Shown here in pieces: positions 33,461 through 47,967 of a DNA stretch of 64,000 nucleotides. The notes under the pieces were generated by a model. It ran no database searches and was not told the origin of the DNA. It saw only the letters and a program-made list of their open reading frames with translations. Made by a program: the position numbers and the translations under genes. Numbering within the stretch: the stretch's first letter is position 1; each line of letters starts with the position of its first letter. This stretch comes from the human T2T-CHM13v2.0 reference genome, Homo sapiens, in NCBI RefSeq assembly GCF_009914755.1, contig NC_060926.1. One strand, written 5' to 3'.

Positions 33461-34781
33461 TGCTCTGATGCGTGGAGAAGAAACATGAAGTCCGCAGCTG
33501 CCCACATTCAGGGAAGATCTTTGAAAGCTCTTCAGACAGTGCCACCCATCTTCATGAAGCTGATCCCCGGATCTCACTCGCTTGTTTCTCCTCCTTCACC
33601 TGCTGATGATCAATGTAGACTTTAGCCCTCAGAAGCTCTCAAAAGGTCAGTGCCATTACATAATTAAATTTATGGCTCTCCTCTACACAGGGCTAAAAAG
33701 TCACTCCTGATTTTATTTCCTCTCCCAAAATATGACATCAGAATTTCTGGAATGAGATTAAATAATATCAGTGATATTCTAATAATAGATGGTTAAAGAG
33801 AGTCCAATAATAAAATTCCCCAAACATAGAGATGTCCACAATTTAAATATATGTTAAATTTTTGTGAAGAATAAGTCACCAATTAAATCACCTGGCAAAT
33901 TAAACTCAGTCCAAAATCAAATTATTTTGCTCTTGTGAGTTAAAAGTCCAAAGGTACTGGAGTGAAAATGCACCATTCTCAATTTCTTACTCTGTTCAGT
34001 CTTTGCCAAGGAGTTCTGGGTGCTGGTAAAGTCAGGTCTGGGGTCCCTTTAGCAGCTGTACTGCTTCTCAGGGCTTTCCACAGGGCCCTAAGCTGAATTA
34101 GTTTAACCTCAAGTCTCCCATGTCTTTACTTTTGAAAGTGTCAAAGAGCCACTGGGACTCACATACTTCACAGGCCTTACTTGACATTTTTAGAAAATGA
34201 ACCAATTTCCATCCCTAAGCAGTTAATGTAGAATTATGTACGTAGGTTTGCAAAGACCGTAGCAGAGACTGAACAATATCTGAGTGAGGCAGGCACCTTG
34301 TTCCCTGCCCCACTGAATCCCAGGCAATCATTCCGTCAGGGGCTCAGAGAATGTGCTCCAGGGCTGTCTTCCTGGGCACAAACTGCACTGCACCCAGGAA
34401 CTTAGAGACCCCCACTTGACTTAAAGTTCTGCTGTTGCTCTCAAAATTTTTAATGATTTTAAAGGGCCTAAATTTTATTTTGCAATAAGCCACATAAATT
34501 ATGTAGTCTATTTTGCCATGGTCTTTGAACTCAAACCCAACTGGCAAGGGAGCTCTCAAGGTGAGCTCAAATATGGCAGTCTGCTGATCCTACCAGGGAG
34601 AAAAATTCCCCGAACACAGAACAAACCCTGTGTTCTCTGAGAAAGAGAGTAACATTTGAGACACTGCTCCCATCTTGCAAAGATGAGAAATTTGCTACCA
34701 AGTGATCCTCGATCACCTGGCTTTATGTGTGGTAAAACTTCCTTACTATCCTGTTCATTTCCCCTTTGAGCCCCAAGTTTC

Positions 34782-35750
34782 TGTAGAAGTAGACAAAGCC
34801 CAACCAAATGAGAAAAGCAAGGCTATTTATCCAGAGCTTGCTCTAGCAGGGGGGGTCAACTACTGTCACTTGTGTTTTGGCAGAGACTCAAAGGCAGGCA
34901 GAGGAGTGGAAAGCCTCACCGTAGAAGGAAGGGAAGGTTCAGATGTGCCCTGACTGGAGGCTGTCGGTCTGGGGGAGCTGCAGATGGCTAACTAGAAATA
35001 GGGCCTCCTGTGTGATGCACTGGGGGGCAATGTTTGGCTTTCTAGGGTTGGTCCTACATTGAAAGTTGGTGTTACAAGAACATCAGGAGTTTGGTCTAGG
35101 TCCTGTTGCTCACTGCACAGAAAGCCAATCCCTGAGACAATGAATATTGCTAGGGAAGAAAACTTTTTATTCAGGTGACATCAACTAGGAGAACAGGAGG
35201 TAAGTCTCAAATCCTTCTGCCTGAGTAAATTTGGGGTATTTATATAGCACAGGAAGAGACGTAGCTGCAAGGGGGAAGGAATGAGGAAGGTGTAAGAAGG
35301 CAATCAAGATGAATTGCTTTCTCATTGGGTCGGCTGTCTCATTGTCTAGATGTGGTGATCTGGTGAGTTTCAGTCCCTTGAGCTCCATCCGATTAGGTAA
35401 TGTAACTTTCAAGTGTTAAGCCTAGGAGAGTAAATTTCTATGCTTATTCAAAAAGTCCTGTAAATATCAGTTCTCTTAGACAATTGGGCAGGTTTCATAG
35501 GGACAAAAAAGAGGAAATGTGTCAGTCACTAATCAAGTGTCGGCCATGTGGGGCTGATTGTTACAGGGCTTATGATTTAGCTTCCTGGATTGTTGCTAGA
35601 GATAGTGGCTTGACTTCCCACTAGCCTGACATAATAGTAGGCTGGCTTCCTGAGCTGGTTATTGTAGATAAGGGGCTGGTTTCCTGGGCAGGTTGTGGGT
35701 CAGAGTTCTATTTTCATACATGGTCAGGCCATTGTCCCTTTGTATATTCA
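34782..35750. mobile_element. old ERVL-type LTR interrupted by a younger LTR
   Basis: LTR-like sequence on both sides of the 35070-35497 insertion; family not resolved. Confidence 0.5.
35070..35497 (-). mobile_element. ERV1 (MER4-group) solo LTR
   Basis: TG...CA termini; TSD ttgg/tagg; ggtctaggtcctg..gctc...cagaaagccaatc motif. Confidence 0.65.
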
Positions 35751-35934
35751 TGCTCTTGTTTCTGATGCCCGAGGCCTGGGTTGAGGCTGAGCTTTATTTC
35801 CGGGCATTGTTTTCTGTGGGCTTGGTGGCTTCTGGCACAGCCCAGGCCTGGGAAGCCTAAGGCAGGCCTCTCCTTCTGTTGAAGGGTGTTCAGCTGGAGA
35901 ACTGCCCTCAGCCGATTCCTGAAGCACCGTCCTG

Positions 35935-36075
35935 AAGTGGTGCTTTCCAAACCTTAATGTGACTAGGCATCACCTGAGTCTCTTGTTTCAGGAGGTGGGT
36001 GGGACCTGAGACTCTGCACTTGTAAGAAGCCCCAGTGGTCCAGTGCTGCTGCTCCGAGGACCATAGTTGGAGCAG
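35935..36075. mobile_element. MER5A-like MITE
   Basis: agtggtgctttccaaacctt...ggacctgagactctgcacttgtaagaagc. Confidence 0.55.
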
Positions 36076-37418
36076 TGAGAGCCCAAATGCACATTATGGG
36101 TCTTAAACTAAAGTTGCTGCTCCTGCTTCAGAAGTATATTCTCTTAGTGGTCTCAAGAGCACTTCATCATCCCTTGCATCTCCAGGCTCTGAGTGGAATT
36201 TCCGGCTGCTGCGCATTGTTATTTTTATTTTTGCCAGTGCAAACTGTACCTCTGGTGTGCAGTTCCCCACCAGGCTGCACATGGGAATCCCCTGGAAAAC
36301 TGGGTGCCTCTGCCCTACCCCAGGCAGAGGTCCCATCATGTCTGAGGCCCACGTCCCTCCCATACGCAGCCAGGACTCAGAGCACCCACTCCAGTATTTC
36401 TCTTCATCTACTCTCCTCAGCCAGTCTCCAGCAGTCTGTAAGAGTTAAACTGCTTTTTAGATGTCTTGCCTTCCTTCTACATACATGGGTCATGCACAGG
36501 GCTGGAGACACCAACTGGAACCAAAGGCCCTTCTTTCTGAGGTTTTTCTTTGCCCTCTGGCTCAGGTCTGTTTGTTGTCTAATACACTGCTCAGATTTTG
36601 CTCAGTGGAGTCTCCCACAGTGGGAGATATGCAATCAATGGGCCCAGGGTTTGCCAAAGCATTCACTCATCCATAAATCTTGTCCACGCTCACCTAGTTA
36701 GAGAATCTTCTCTCCAATCAATACCTGATCTAGGCCAGAACTCATTATCCTGTTGGGTCCCATTTAATAAACTTCACTCTTGCTCACCTTCCCTATGGGC
36801 CCAGATTCCACACAGGTCTTGGGCATGTTTGTTCAGGGCATAGGCAGTACCGGCACCCTATCTATCATAACTTGGTCTACTGAAGCATCATACAGCAATT
36901 ATTTTTCTTTTTATTATGGAAAAGTACACATGACATGAAATTGATCATTTTAAGCATTTTAAAGTGAACAGTTCATGGCATTTAGTGCAGTGATAGACTG
37001 TGCAGCCATTGCCATTATAGATAGTGTTCTACCACGTTTTCGTCACCCCCAAAGGAAACCCTGGACTCATTAAACAGTTTACTTTCCATCCCCTCCTCTC
37101 CCCTGTCCCTAGCAACCACTAATTTGCTTTCTGTCTCTGTGAATTTACCTATTCTGGATATTTTATATAAATAATGTATAATATGGCCTTTTGTGACTGG
37201 CTTTTCATTTAGCATAATATTTTCAAAGCTTATCCACATTATAGCTTGTATCAGTACTCAATAACCAGCACCTCCTTTTTCCATCCCAGTGTGGAAACAG
37301 CAGGGAGATAAGATATAAGAGTCCGCAGTGAAGTGCAATGAAGGACAGAGAATTTGTCAATTGATTTATCTGTACGAGGCCAAAGATATAAAATACACTT
37401 TTTTTAAAAAAATTACTT

Positions 37419-37719
37419 GGCCCGGCGTGGTGGCTTACGCCTGTAATTCCAGGACTTTGGGAGGCCAAGGCGGGCAATTGCCTGAGCTCAGAACTTTGAG
37501 ACCAGCCTGGGCAACACGGAGAAACCCTGTCTCTACTAAAATACAAAAAAATTAGCCACGTGTGGCGGCATGCATCCGTAGTCCCAGCTATTCGGAGGCT
37601 GGGGCAGGAGAATCACTTGAACCCGGGAGGCAGTGGTTTCAGTGAGTGGAGATTGCAGTACTGCACTCTATCCAGCCTGGGAAAGAGAGCGAGACTCCAT
37701 CTCAAAAAAAAAAAAAAAA
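37419..37719 (+). mobile_element. AluS
   Basis: Sense Alu. Confidence 0.95.
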
Positions 37720-38104
37720 TCACTTTATGAATACAACTCACATACCTAAAGTATACAATTCAATAGTTTAAAGTATATTCACAGAGTGGTGAAACCATCA
37801 CAGAATTAACCTTTCAACTTTGGCACTTCACCTCCCAAAATGAAATCTCATACTTGTTAGCATTCACGGCCATTTACCCCTGACATGCCTGCCACCCCCT
37901 CTTCTGAAACTCCTAATTTACTGTCTTCATAGATTTGCCTGTCGTAGACATTTCATGTAAATGTAGTCATACACTATGTGGACTTCAGTGACTGGCTTCT
38001 TTCACTTAGCATAATGTTTTCAAGTTGTATACACGTAGTAGCACCTGTCAGTATTTCATTCTTTTTTATTGTCAACTAGTATACCACTGTATGAATGTAT
38101 CATT

Positions 38105-38400
<296 letters not shown>

Positions 38401-38759
38401 GAATATATCATTCTTTACTTATCTACTCATTAATTGATGGACATTTGGATTATGTCTACATTTGAGGTATTATAAATAATGCTACTATGAACATTCTAGT
38501 GTACACTTGTGTGTGAACATTGGTTTTCATTGCTCTTGGATATATACCTAGAAAAGGAATTGCTGGGTGAAATAATAACTTCTATATTTAACTTTTTGAG
38601 GAACTGCTGGACTATTCTCTAAAGTTGCACCATTTTACATTCCCACCAGGAATGTAAGAGGGTTCCAATTTTTGCACATCCTTGCTAGCACTTGTTACTT
38701 TTTTCTTAAAAAAAAATATTACCATCCTAGAGTTGTGAAGTGGTATCTCACTGTGGTCT

Positions 38760-39589
38760 TGAAACGGCCTGAAGTCTGAAAAACCAGACTGCTGGTCGCA
38801 GGTTCCTGCAACTCAGGCTCAGAACTTCTGTTCCTGTTTTCCCATCCTTTCCAGATTGATTTTTTCTGAAGAATGCCTTTTAAGCAATCGAATGTTGCCT
38901 TTTCTAATGCTACCAACAGTCTGCCCCTCCCCTATTCCGAGCCAATAAAAAGCCTGGGATCAGCCGGGCACAGTGGCTCACGCCTGTAATCCTAGCACTT
39001 CGGGAGACCGAGGTGGGTGGATCATGCGGCCAGGAGTTCAAGACAAGCCTGGCCAAGATGGTGAAACCCTGTCTCTACTAAAAATACAAAAAAATTAGCT
39101 GGGCGTGGTAGCACCGCCTGTAATCTCAACTACTTGGGAGGCTGAGGCAGAGAATTGCTTGAACCAGGGAGGTGGAGGTTGCAGTGAGCTGATATTGCAG
39201 CACTGCACTCCAGCCTGGGCCACAGAGCGAGACTTTGTCTCAAAAACAAACCAAAACAAAACAAAAAACAAACAAACAAACAAACAAACAAAAAGACAGC
39301 CCAGGACCCAGCCTCGCAGGGAGGAGAGAACCACCCAACTGTAAAAGTGGGGGACCATCCTCCACACCCCCTCTCTGCTGAAAGCTGTTTCATGGCTCAA
39401 TGCAATTATTTTCTGCTTTCCTTACCTTTCAATGTCCAGCATATCCTCATTCTTTTTGGGTGAGGTATAAGAGCTCAAGGACCGCTAAACGTGGGTACAA
39501 GCTATAATTCAGGTGAGCAGGGCTGGCCGGGCATCACCGACTGGGGGGCCCCTGGCTTGCAAAGTGACTGAGAAGAAAAATCCTGCATA
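38760..39589 (+). mobile_element. ERV1 LTR (LTR27/LTR1/MER52 group) with nested Alu
   Basis: tgttgccttttc...ataaaaagcc...ctctctgctgaaagctg...gagaagaaaaatcctgcat; interrupts the L1. Confidence 0.6.
38962..39293 (+). mobile_element. AluS
   Basis: Sense Alu, (CAAA)n tail. Confidence 0.95.
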
Positions 39590-40179
39590 AATATTGAACA
39601 TATTTTAATGTGCTTATTAGCCTTGTGTATATTGACTTTGGAGAAATATCTCCTCAGATGCTTTGCACATTAAAAATTGTGTTATGTGTCTTTTTATTGT
39701 CTTTATTGAGTTGTAAGAGTAGTTTAGAGTTATTGTGATTTTAGTATCATATTGAAGAAGATTGCCTAAACCAAGATAGTGAAGATCTATGTATTCCTCT
39801 AAGAGTTTATTTTGTTGTGTCATTGTTTTTTATTTCCTCATTTTTTTTTTAGTTGTAACTCATACAGTTAGTTCTATATCTACTTGGAGTTAACTTTTGT
39901 TTATGTTGTAAGGAAGAGTTGCAGCTACTTTCTTTTGTATGTGGTTATTCAGTTGTTCCAGCACCACTTATTGAAAAGAAATGTATATCCTTTTGCAAGG
40001 AGCAAGAGAGATCATTAGATGAGCTCAAAGGAGAATCTGCAGTCTGTTCAATGGAAATATGAGTAGAGATTTAAGAACAACTCGTACAATGAAAAAGAGA
40101 ATAGCTCATGAATAATTAAAGTCTCTGTATTTTATTTTCTTTAGCTGTTGGTGAATATTTACTTTGTATCAATAAACTG

Positions 40180-40680
40180 TGTGGCAGACACTGTGGATTG
40201 TTTAGCTCAGCCTATTCCAGTTCCCTTCAGATGTTCAGCATCTTGGAAGGCATTGGAAATAGACTTTCCAATTTCATTTAGGTTCCACCAATAAAGTGCA
40301 TTTGTGTAAGACTTTGGTTCGGAAATGGACCAAATGGGAGGAGATTCAGGGTAGGTTGTGGCAGAGACAGTACGATCCTGAAACCTGCAGCTGTAGGTGT
40401 AATTTCCCGTTTTCTCGACGAGTTTCCTGATATAGCGCCTTTCTGATCCTGGCAAGGGTAGAGTGATTTAGGACCTGGCAAGTGTGGAAGCAGCTCCTGA
40501 GCTCTGCAGCTTCTTGAGGGCGGCACAGGCAGCAGCTCCCTTGGAAATCTGGGTTTTGTGATGTGTTTCTGAGAGTGCTGGAAGTTTGCTCTCCAGTGAT
40601 TCTACACATAATTTACAAATGTCTTTCTGCTTAAATTAGCTAAAGAAGACTCTGTTATCTGTGATTAAGTAAACTGATAA
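40180..40680 (+). mobile_element. old MLT1 MaLR LTR
   Basis: tgtggcagacactgtgg...tttctgcttaaattagc...tctgttatctgtga. Confidence 0.55.
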
Positions 40681-41812
40681 ATGGAGTAAATTTAATAGAA
40701 GTGGCCGCAGGAAAGACTCCAAAAGGAAAGGGAATCTGGGGCTGGCTCTCCAGCCTGGATGGGTTTGAAAGCAGAGAGGGACCAGTTGCCCTTTAGAAGA
40801 TGGAGCATTGGTTGTTCTTAGTTGTCCTTGGTATCCCCTTAATGAGCATTTCTCATCTGTAACTGATAAGATAGGACCCATTCTCAGACCTATCTCAAGT
40901 ACCATATGCCCAGAAATGGTAAGTTTCCTCCAGTGTGCAGCCAGCTGTGAGAGAGGATGTCTTTGATGTCCAGATGCCTTCTCTCTCACTCTCCAAGTTA
41001 ATCTACCACCTGCCCTGGAAATTCTACTTCTTTAATGCTTCTTAAATCCATCCATTTTCCTTTATCTCCATTACAATATTTTTGTCCAAGTCACTACTGT
41101 TTTCACCTAGGCTACTAACATGGCCTTCTGGCTGACACTGGATACCAAGCTTGCCACAAGGGACATGTCAGTGGTGCCTTTGAACTGGAAGTTGGGACTG
41201 ACACCTAGCTCCATGCATCACAGGTGAACAGGCTCAAAAGAAGATTCCCACACTGGCTGGGGTGGGTGATCCTGATCACTGAGGGAGCTCTGTCTTTGCC
41301 ATCACACAGGGCAAGCAGCGATGAGGTTTCCTGGAACTCAAGGATCCTCAGTGTGCTTTCCAGTACTGCAGGTGTAGCAGTCAAAGTTAGTGAAAAACCA
41401 TAGCAAAACCACATAAGTGGGACTACGAAGTACTCATACCCTTGAGAATGAAGGATCAGGTCATCCCACCTGATGGAGAAGTTTCACCCGCTGAGAAAGT
41501 GAACACAACTGGAATGGGTTGTAGGAACAGAAGGTAGTGGATGCCAGCATGGCTCTGCTGCCGGTATGAGGACTGCAGCAGTTACCTGAAGTTCAGTCCC
41601 TTCCTATTGTATAAAGTGCACATTTCAGTATTGTAACTAAGTGGCACTCCTGTGAAGGACGGATCCCAGAACTAGAGGAGATCTTGAGGGCGCAAACCTT
41701 GAACAGTCCCAGAAATCGAAGGAGGGCTTTGAAATTCCATAGGCCTTGACAATGAGCTACTTTAGCCAATTTAACTTAAATTTTGAGGAACAGGGAGGGA
41801 GGTTTTGCCTAA

Positions 41813-42626
<814 letters not shown>

Positions 42627-43848
42627 ACATCTAAAGGATCAAGTAGCAGAATTTGCTCTGCTCTTCAGACTAGGTTTTGGGAGTCATCCAGAAAGTGATT
42701 TAGCTCATGACACTCAGACATAGTAGATACCGTCCCCCAAATCTGAAGAGATACTCTCAGTGTTGGGTCCCCTTTTTAGTGGTAGTGGGAACTAGGTACA
42801 CCACTTGCTTTTCCTTTTCCTTTGGGCAATAATCCAATTGCCCCAAATTCTGAAACATCAGACGCTGAAACGGGCAGGTGCCTCTATTTTTGTTGCACTT
42901 ATTTTCTGTCCTCTATCACACGAGTTCTCGAGTTCTATCCAAGATGTCCTGGAACCTACTATTTCTTGCTCTAAGGGTCCTAGCCAGGATGCTGCCCCTG
43001 CAGGGGGCCAGGATGATGTCCTGCAGGCTGAGTCCCTAGGGCCATGTGAGCCTCTCAAGCCTGGTTAGGTCATGGGGTGGGAAATGTATGGGATTCACTA
43101 TTAGATTGCCCCAGCTACTTTCCCTCTGATGGTCACTGCTGCACCCTGGCTCTTCTCTTCAGTGCGATCCTGAAGCCTCTCCCATGGGCATTCCAGTCCA
43201 GTGAGAACAGCCAGCACAGATTCTTTAAAGTGTCCTGCACTTTCTTCCCCAACCTTTTCCTCAAGGTCTACATGAAGGGAACCTCTCTGGGGAGCAGAGT
43301 GTGTGTGTGGGTAGAACAAACAAGCTACATCCAGCCCAGCATTCCAGTCTCCCCAGGCCTTTGATTTCCCTCATTTTCGTTATAGCAAGGAATGCATGGC
43401 CTTTTGAAGTCATTTGCCGCAGGCCAGCTTTCAGCCTAGGTCTGCATCCGCCATCCCAGCAAAGTAACAGATCTCCAGCCAGCTGTGCATATTGCACACC
43501 CAACCGCCCTCTTGATAAATGCAACCATAGCACAGATTCAGCTCAGTCTAACATTTTGTTCCAGCACAGTTAGCTGAGCCCTGTCAAAATCCACTTCCAC
43601 AAATATTTCCCGGAGTTTGTATGTGTAAAAAGCACATTTCTGTATCTCCTTTGAATCTTTAGTAGAATCCCATTACGACTGGTTGTTGGAGGGGAGGATT
43701 CAATGGCCATGACCTTGATAGGCTTTGGAGCTCTGGTTCCTGATTTTTTGGAAGCCAATTGTCCAGTTCTGTAAACTTCAAGGTATTCTCTTTGCACATT
43801 TTTTTTTCTATTAAAGCGAGCTAGAATCCTAGCAAATACAGATATTGG

Positions 43849-44444
43849 TGTTACTGGAAAGGAGTCCGGATCCAGACCCCAAGAGAGGACTTTTGGATCT
43901 TGCTCAAGAAAGAATTTGGGGCGAGTCCATATAGTAAAGTGAAAGCAAGCTTATTAAGAAAGTAATGGAATAAAAGAATGGCTGCTCCATAGGCAGAGTA
44001 GCCCCAAGGGCTGCCAGTTGCCCATTTTTATGGTTATTTCTTGATTATATGCTAAACAAGGGGTGGATTATTCATGAGTTTTCTGCAAAAGGGGTGGGCA
44101 ATTCCTGGAACTGAGAATTCCTTCCATTTTTAGACCATATAGGGTAACTTCCTGGCATTGCCATGGCATCTGTAAACTATCATGGCACTCGTGGTAGTGT
44201 AGCAGTGAGGTCGACCAGAGGTCACTCTCATCGCCATCTTGGTTTTTGTGGGCTTTGGCTGGCTTCTTTACTGCAATCTGTTTTACCAGCAAGATCTTTA
44301 TGACCTGTGTCTTGTGCTGACCTCCTATCTCATTCTTTGACTTTGAATGTCTAACCTCCTGGGAATGCAGCCCAGCAGGTCTCAGCCTTATTTTACCCAG
44401 ACCCTATTCAAGATGGAGTTGTTCTGGTTCAAACACCTCTGACA
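43849..44444 (-). mobile_element. MER41B solo LTR
   Basis: TG...CA termini, perfect TSD TTGG; contains the GAS segment ttctgcaaaaggggtgggcaattcctggaa. Confidence 0.9.
44102..44110. promoter_or_regulatory. GAS (STAT) motif TTCCTGGAA in MER41B
   Basis: Matches TTCNNNGAA; the partner site at 44081-89 is degenerate (TTCTGCAAA). Confidence 0.55.
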
Positions 44445-46287
44445 TTGGCACCAGAGAATAAGCTGCTGAACGTGGATTTTCAGAGAGACAAGGAGTGGCA
44501 ATACTTGGAACTAGTAATTGGCCCAAAATGAGAAAAAGGATGGGAGGGTCTTAATTGTTCTCCAAGATGTGAAGCAGGCCCATGCTGGGGGTCGAGGCAA
44601 CACAGCTAGTTAAATGTGCACCTGTGGTCCCAGGGGACAGGAATGCCACAGAGGGCAGAATCCGGGGGCACCAGGGCTTCTGATTGCAGATGGATAGGGC
44701 TCAGGTCATCTGGGCAGCACTTGCTCTAACATCATGGAGAGACTCAAATTCCAAACATCTTTAAAGGAACAGGACGAAACTCAGAGCCCTTTTGCAGCCA
44801 CTGGCTAGGGAGCAGACCAGGATTTAAAACTAAGTAAAGGGATTGATTCTGAATATTAAAAGCAGTTGAGTTCACAGTTGTGTGCAGTCCCTTTTGTAAA
44901 CGTTGGTGATGACGAGGAAAGAGTTGAACTGTGAAATCCTATGCCTCAGAGACCCCGTGCTACACAGGGTCTCTTGCCTAAGGAGTGTGTCTCCTGGGCC
45001 AGAGGAGCTGTAGCTGTTTATCCTGTCCATCCCCTCCTTACTGCACAGCTAAAACAAGGATCTCAGCTCAGCTTGGCCTGGAGAAGCAAGGAACAGGGGA
45101 GGGTGGAAGGATGAGCAGATAAAATGCTAAAATAGTACACAGAAAAGAAGAATTAAAGCTGGAAAGGAAATGGAGACCTTTTAGTTGTCTGAAATCTGAT
45201 TGGCTTAGCCCAGGTAAGTCCTACCCTTGGTTGAATGGGAGAGTTCCTCGGCAAACAGCTGACCTGAGCCACAGTAGGAGGGAGAAGGGATGTTCCCCAA
45301 AGGAAAGGCTTCTCAGGGAAGCAGCACTGGGAAGTTTGCCACAGGTGGACATTGGGCACCTGACCCTGATATGGCCAATTCCCAGGCTTCTTGGGATCCA
45401 TCATTAAGAATGTGTACAAGGAATTACAGCTAATCTTCACTGAGCACTTACTATGTGGCAAGCCTCCTGCTGGGAGTCCTACATAAATTTTCACATGGAA
45501 CTTCATAAAAACTCAGGTGTAGGTACAGTTACAAATCCCAGTCTGCAGAGCAGGAACCACTGTGGGTGGAGCGAGGCCTGGGCAGTGGGTCTCCCCAGCA
45601 CCCCAACCTTACAAGAGCTACGTTAGCTAGGATGACCAGACTCATGCTCCCCAGCCTTCACTGGAGCAGATAGGAAAGTCATGCAGTCATTGGTTAGAAG
45701 GGAACAAAATGGATATGCAGAGAAAAGCAAGGAAGAGGCGGGGAGAGAGAGGGAGAGAGTTGTTGGTCCATAGAACAACTTAAGGTCCTGAGGAAGAACT
45801 AAGTTCTAGTGCACTTACAGCCTTAAAATAAATTAGCCCTCTGAAAGAAAAAGATCCGATGCCAACAACAACAACAACACAACAACAACAATAACAAATT
45901 GCTTCTGACTGAAGGTGACTCCATAGAATTTTGTTCATTGTAACAGAAGAAGCAAACGGAGGGGTGATAATGCATTAGGCTGTTGTCAATATTCACAACC
46001 TCAGGAGAGGGACTTGATCTGATTGCTGAACTGGTGAATTTGACAGAAGGGGGATGGCAAGCCCAGGGGAACGCCGGGTTCCCAGGGACCAGAGCTAGCC
46101 CTTTTGATGACTTAGGAAACAGCAGCTAGGAAGGCTGCTCAGAGGTGCTGCTGTCTTCCGGGCTGATTGTCGCAGGGGTCTAGTGTTTCAACATTATAAA
46201 AGCTCCCTGGGGAGGTAGGAGCTACAGTTCAAAACACTGGAAGAGAATATATATTTTTAAAATTGAGAAACATTTTTGAGACCTAAT

Positions 46288-46588
46288 GTTTGTTTGTTTG
46301 TTTGAAACAGAGTCTTGCTTTTTTGCCCAGACTGGAGTGCAGTTGTGAGATCTTGGCTCACTGCAACCTCCTCCGCCTTCTGGGTTCAAGCGATTCTCTT
46401 GCCTCAGCCTCCTGAGTAGCTGGGATTACAGGCATGTGCCACCTTGCCCGGCTAATTTTTGTATTTTTAGTAGAGATGCAGTTTCACCATGTTGGCCAGG
46501 CTGGTCTCAAATTCCTGACCCCAAGTGATCCACCTGCCTCAGCCTCCCAAAGTGCTGGGATTACAGGTATGAGCCACCATACCCGGCC
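46288..46588 (-). mobile_element. AluS
   Basis: Antisense Alu; TSD agacctaatgttt. Confidence 0.95.
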
Positions 46589-47258
46589 AAGACCTAATGT
46601 TTTGCATATAATGTCCCAACGGTACCTTTTGGAAAAATCCATGGCTTCCTCCCTCTCTTCCTCTCCATGTGTGTTACTCACAGTCCCAGATGTTTCTCTA
46701 GGGACAGTCGTTTGGGGGCATGTCAGACACTGCAACAAGAGCACACTTAAGATCTAAATTTCCAGGCTGCAGACACTCATTTCCAGGCCAATGCCACATA
46801 GACCAAGGTTGTTTGCTGAGGTCCAGGGCTGCCATCACCTGAGAGAAAACATCAATATTAAAAACATAGAGTTAAGGCTAAACAGAAATAGTCTACTATG
46901 CAAAGAAGGTCCTTGTGTAGGAAATTGAAGGTGTTTGCCCATGTGATGGATGAGGCTCCTACCAGCTTTTACATACTTTTTAATCAGAACAGTAAGGCAA
47001 GTTTATAAAATAGAGAAAACATCACCCGTAATTCCATCACCGTAATACAATTTTAAAAATTCTTGTGTGTTCCTTTGTTCCCACGCTTGGGTATACATCT
47101 TACCCAGTTGCATAAAGCCCTTCTACTTTTCTCTACTCAACAGGGGAGCTGGACATTTTTCCATGTTGTTATTTGCTAGTTGTCATTCTGTAAATCCCAG
47201 CTCTAACATTCTAAAGCTTGTAAGAGATTTTATTCACCAGATTCCAGCTAATGGTTTA

Positions 47259-47967
<709 letters not shown>

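Noticed and set aside
36075-36701. 208-aa ORF
   Set aside because: GTG start at a MER5-like end, no recognisable domain, no exon structure supporting it; expected by chance in 64 kb.
42991-43010. Palindromic GCCCCTGCAGGGG with a CTCF-like look
   Set aside because: Short, imperfect motif match with no supporting context.
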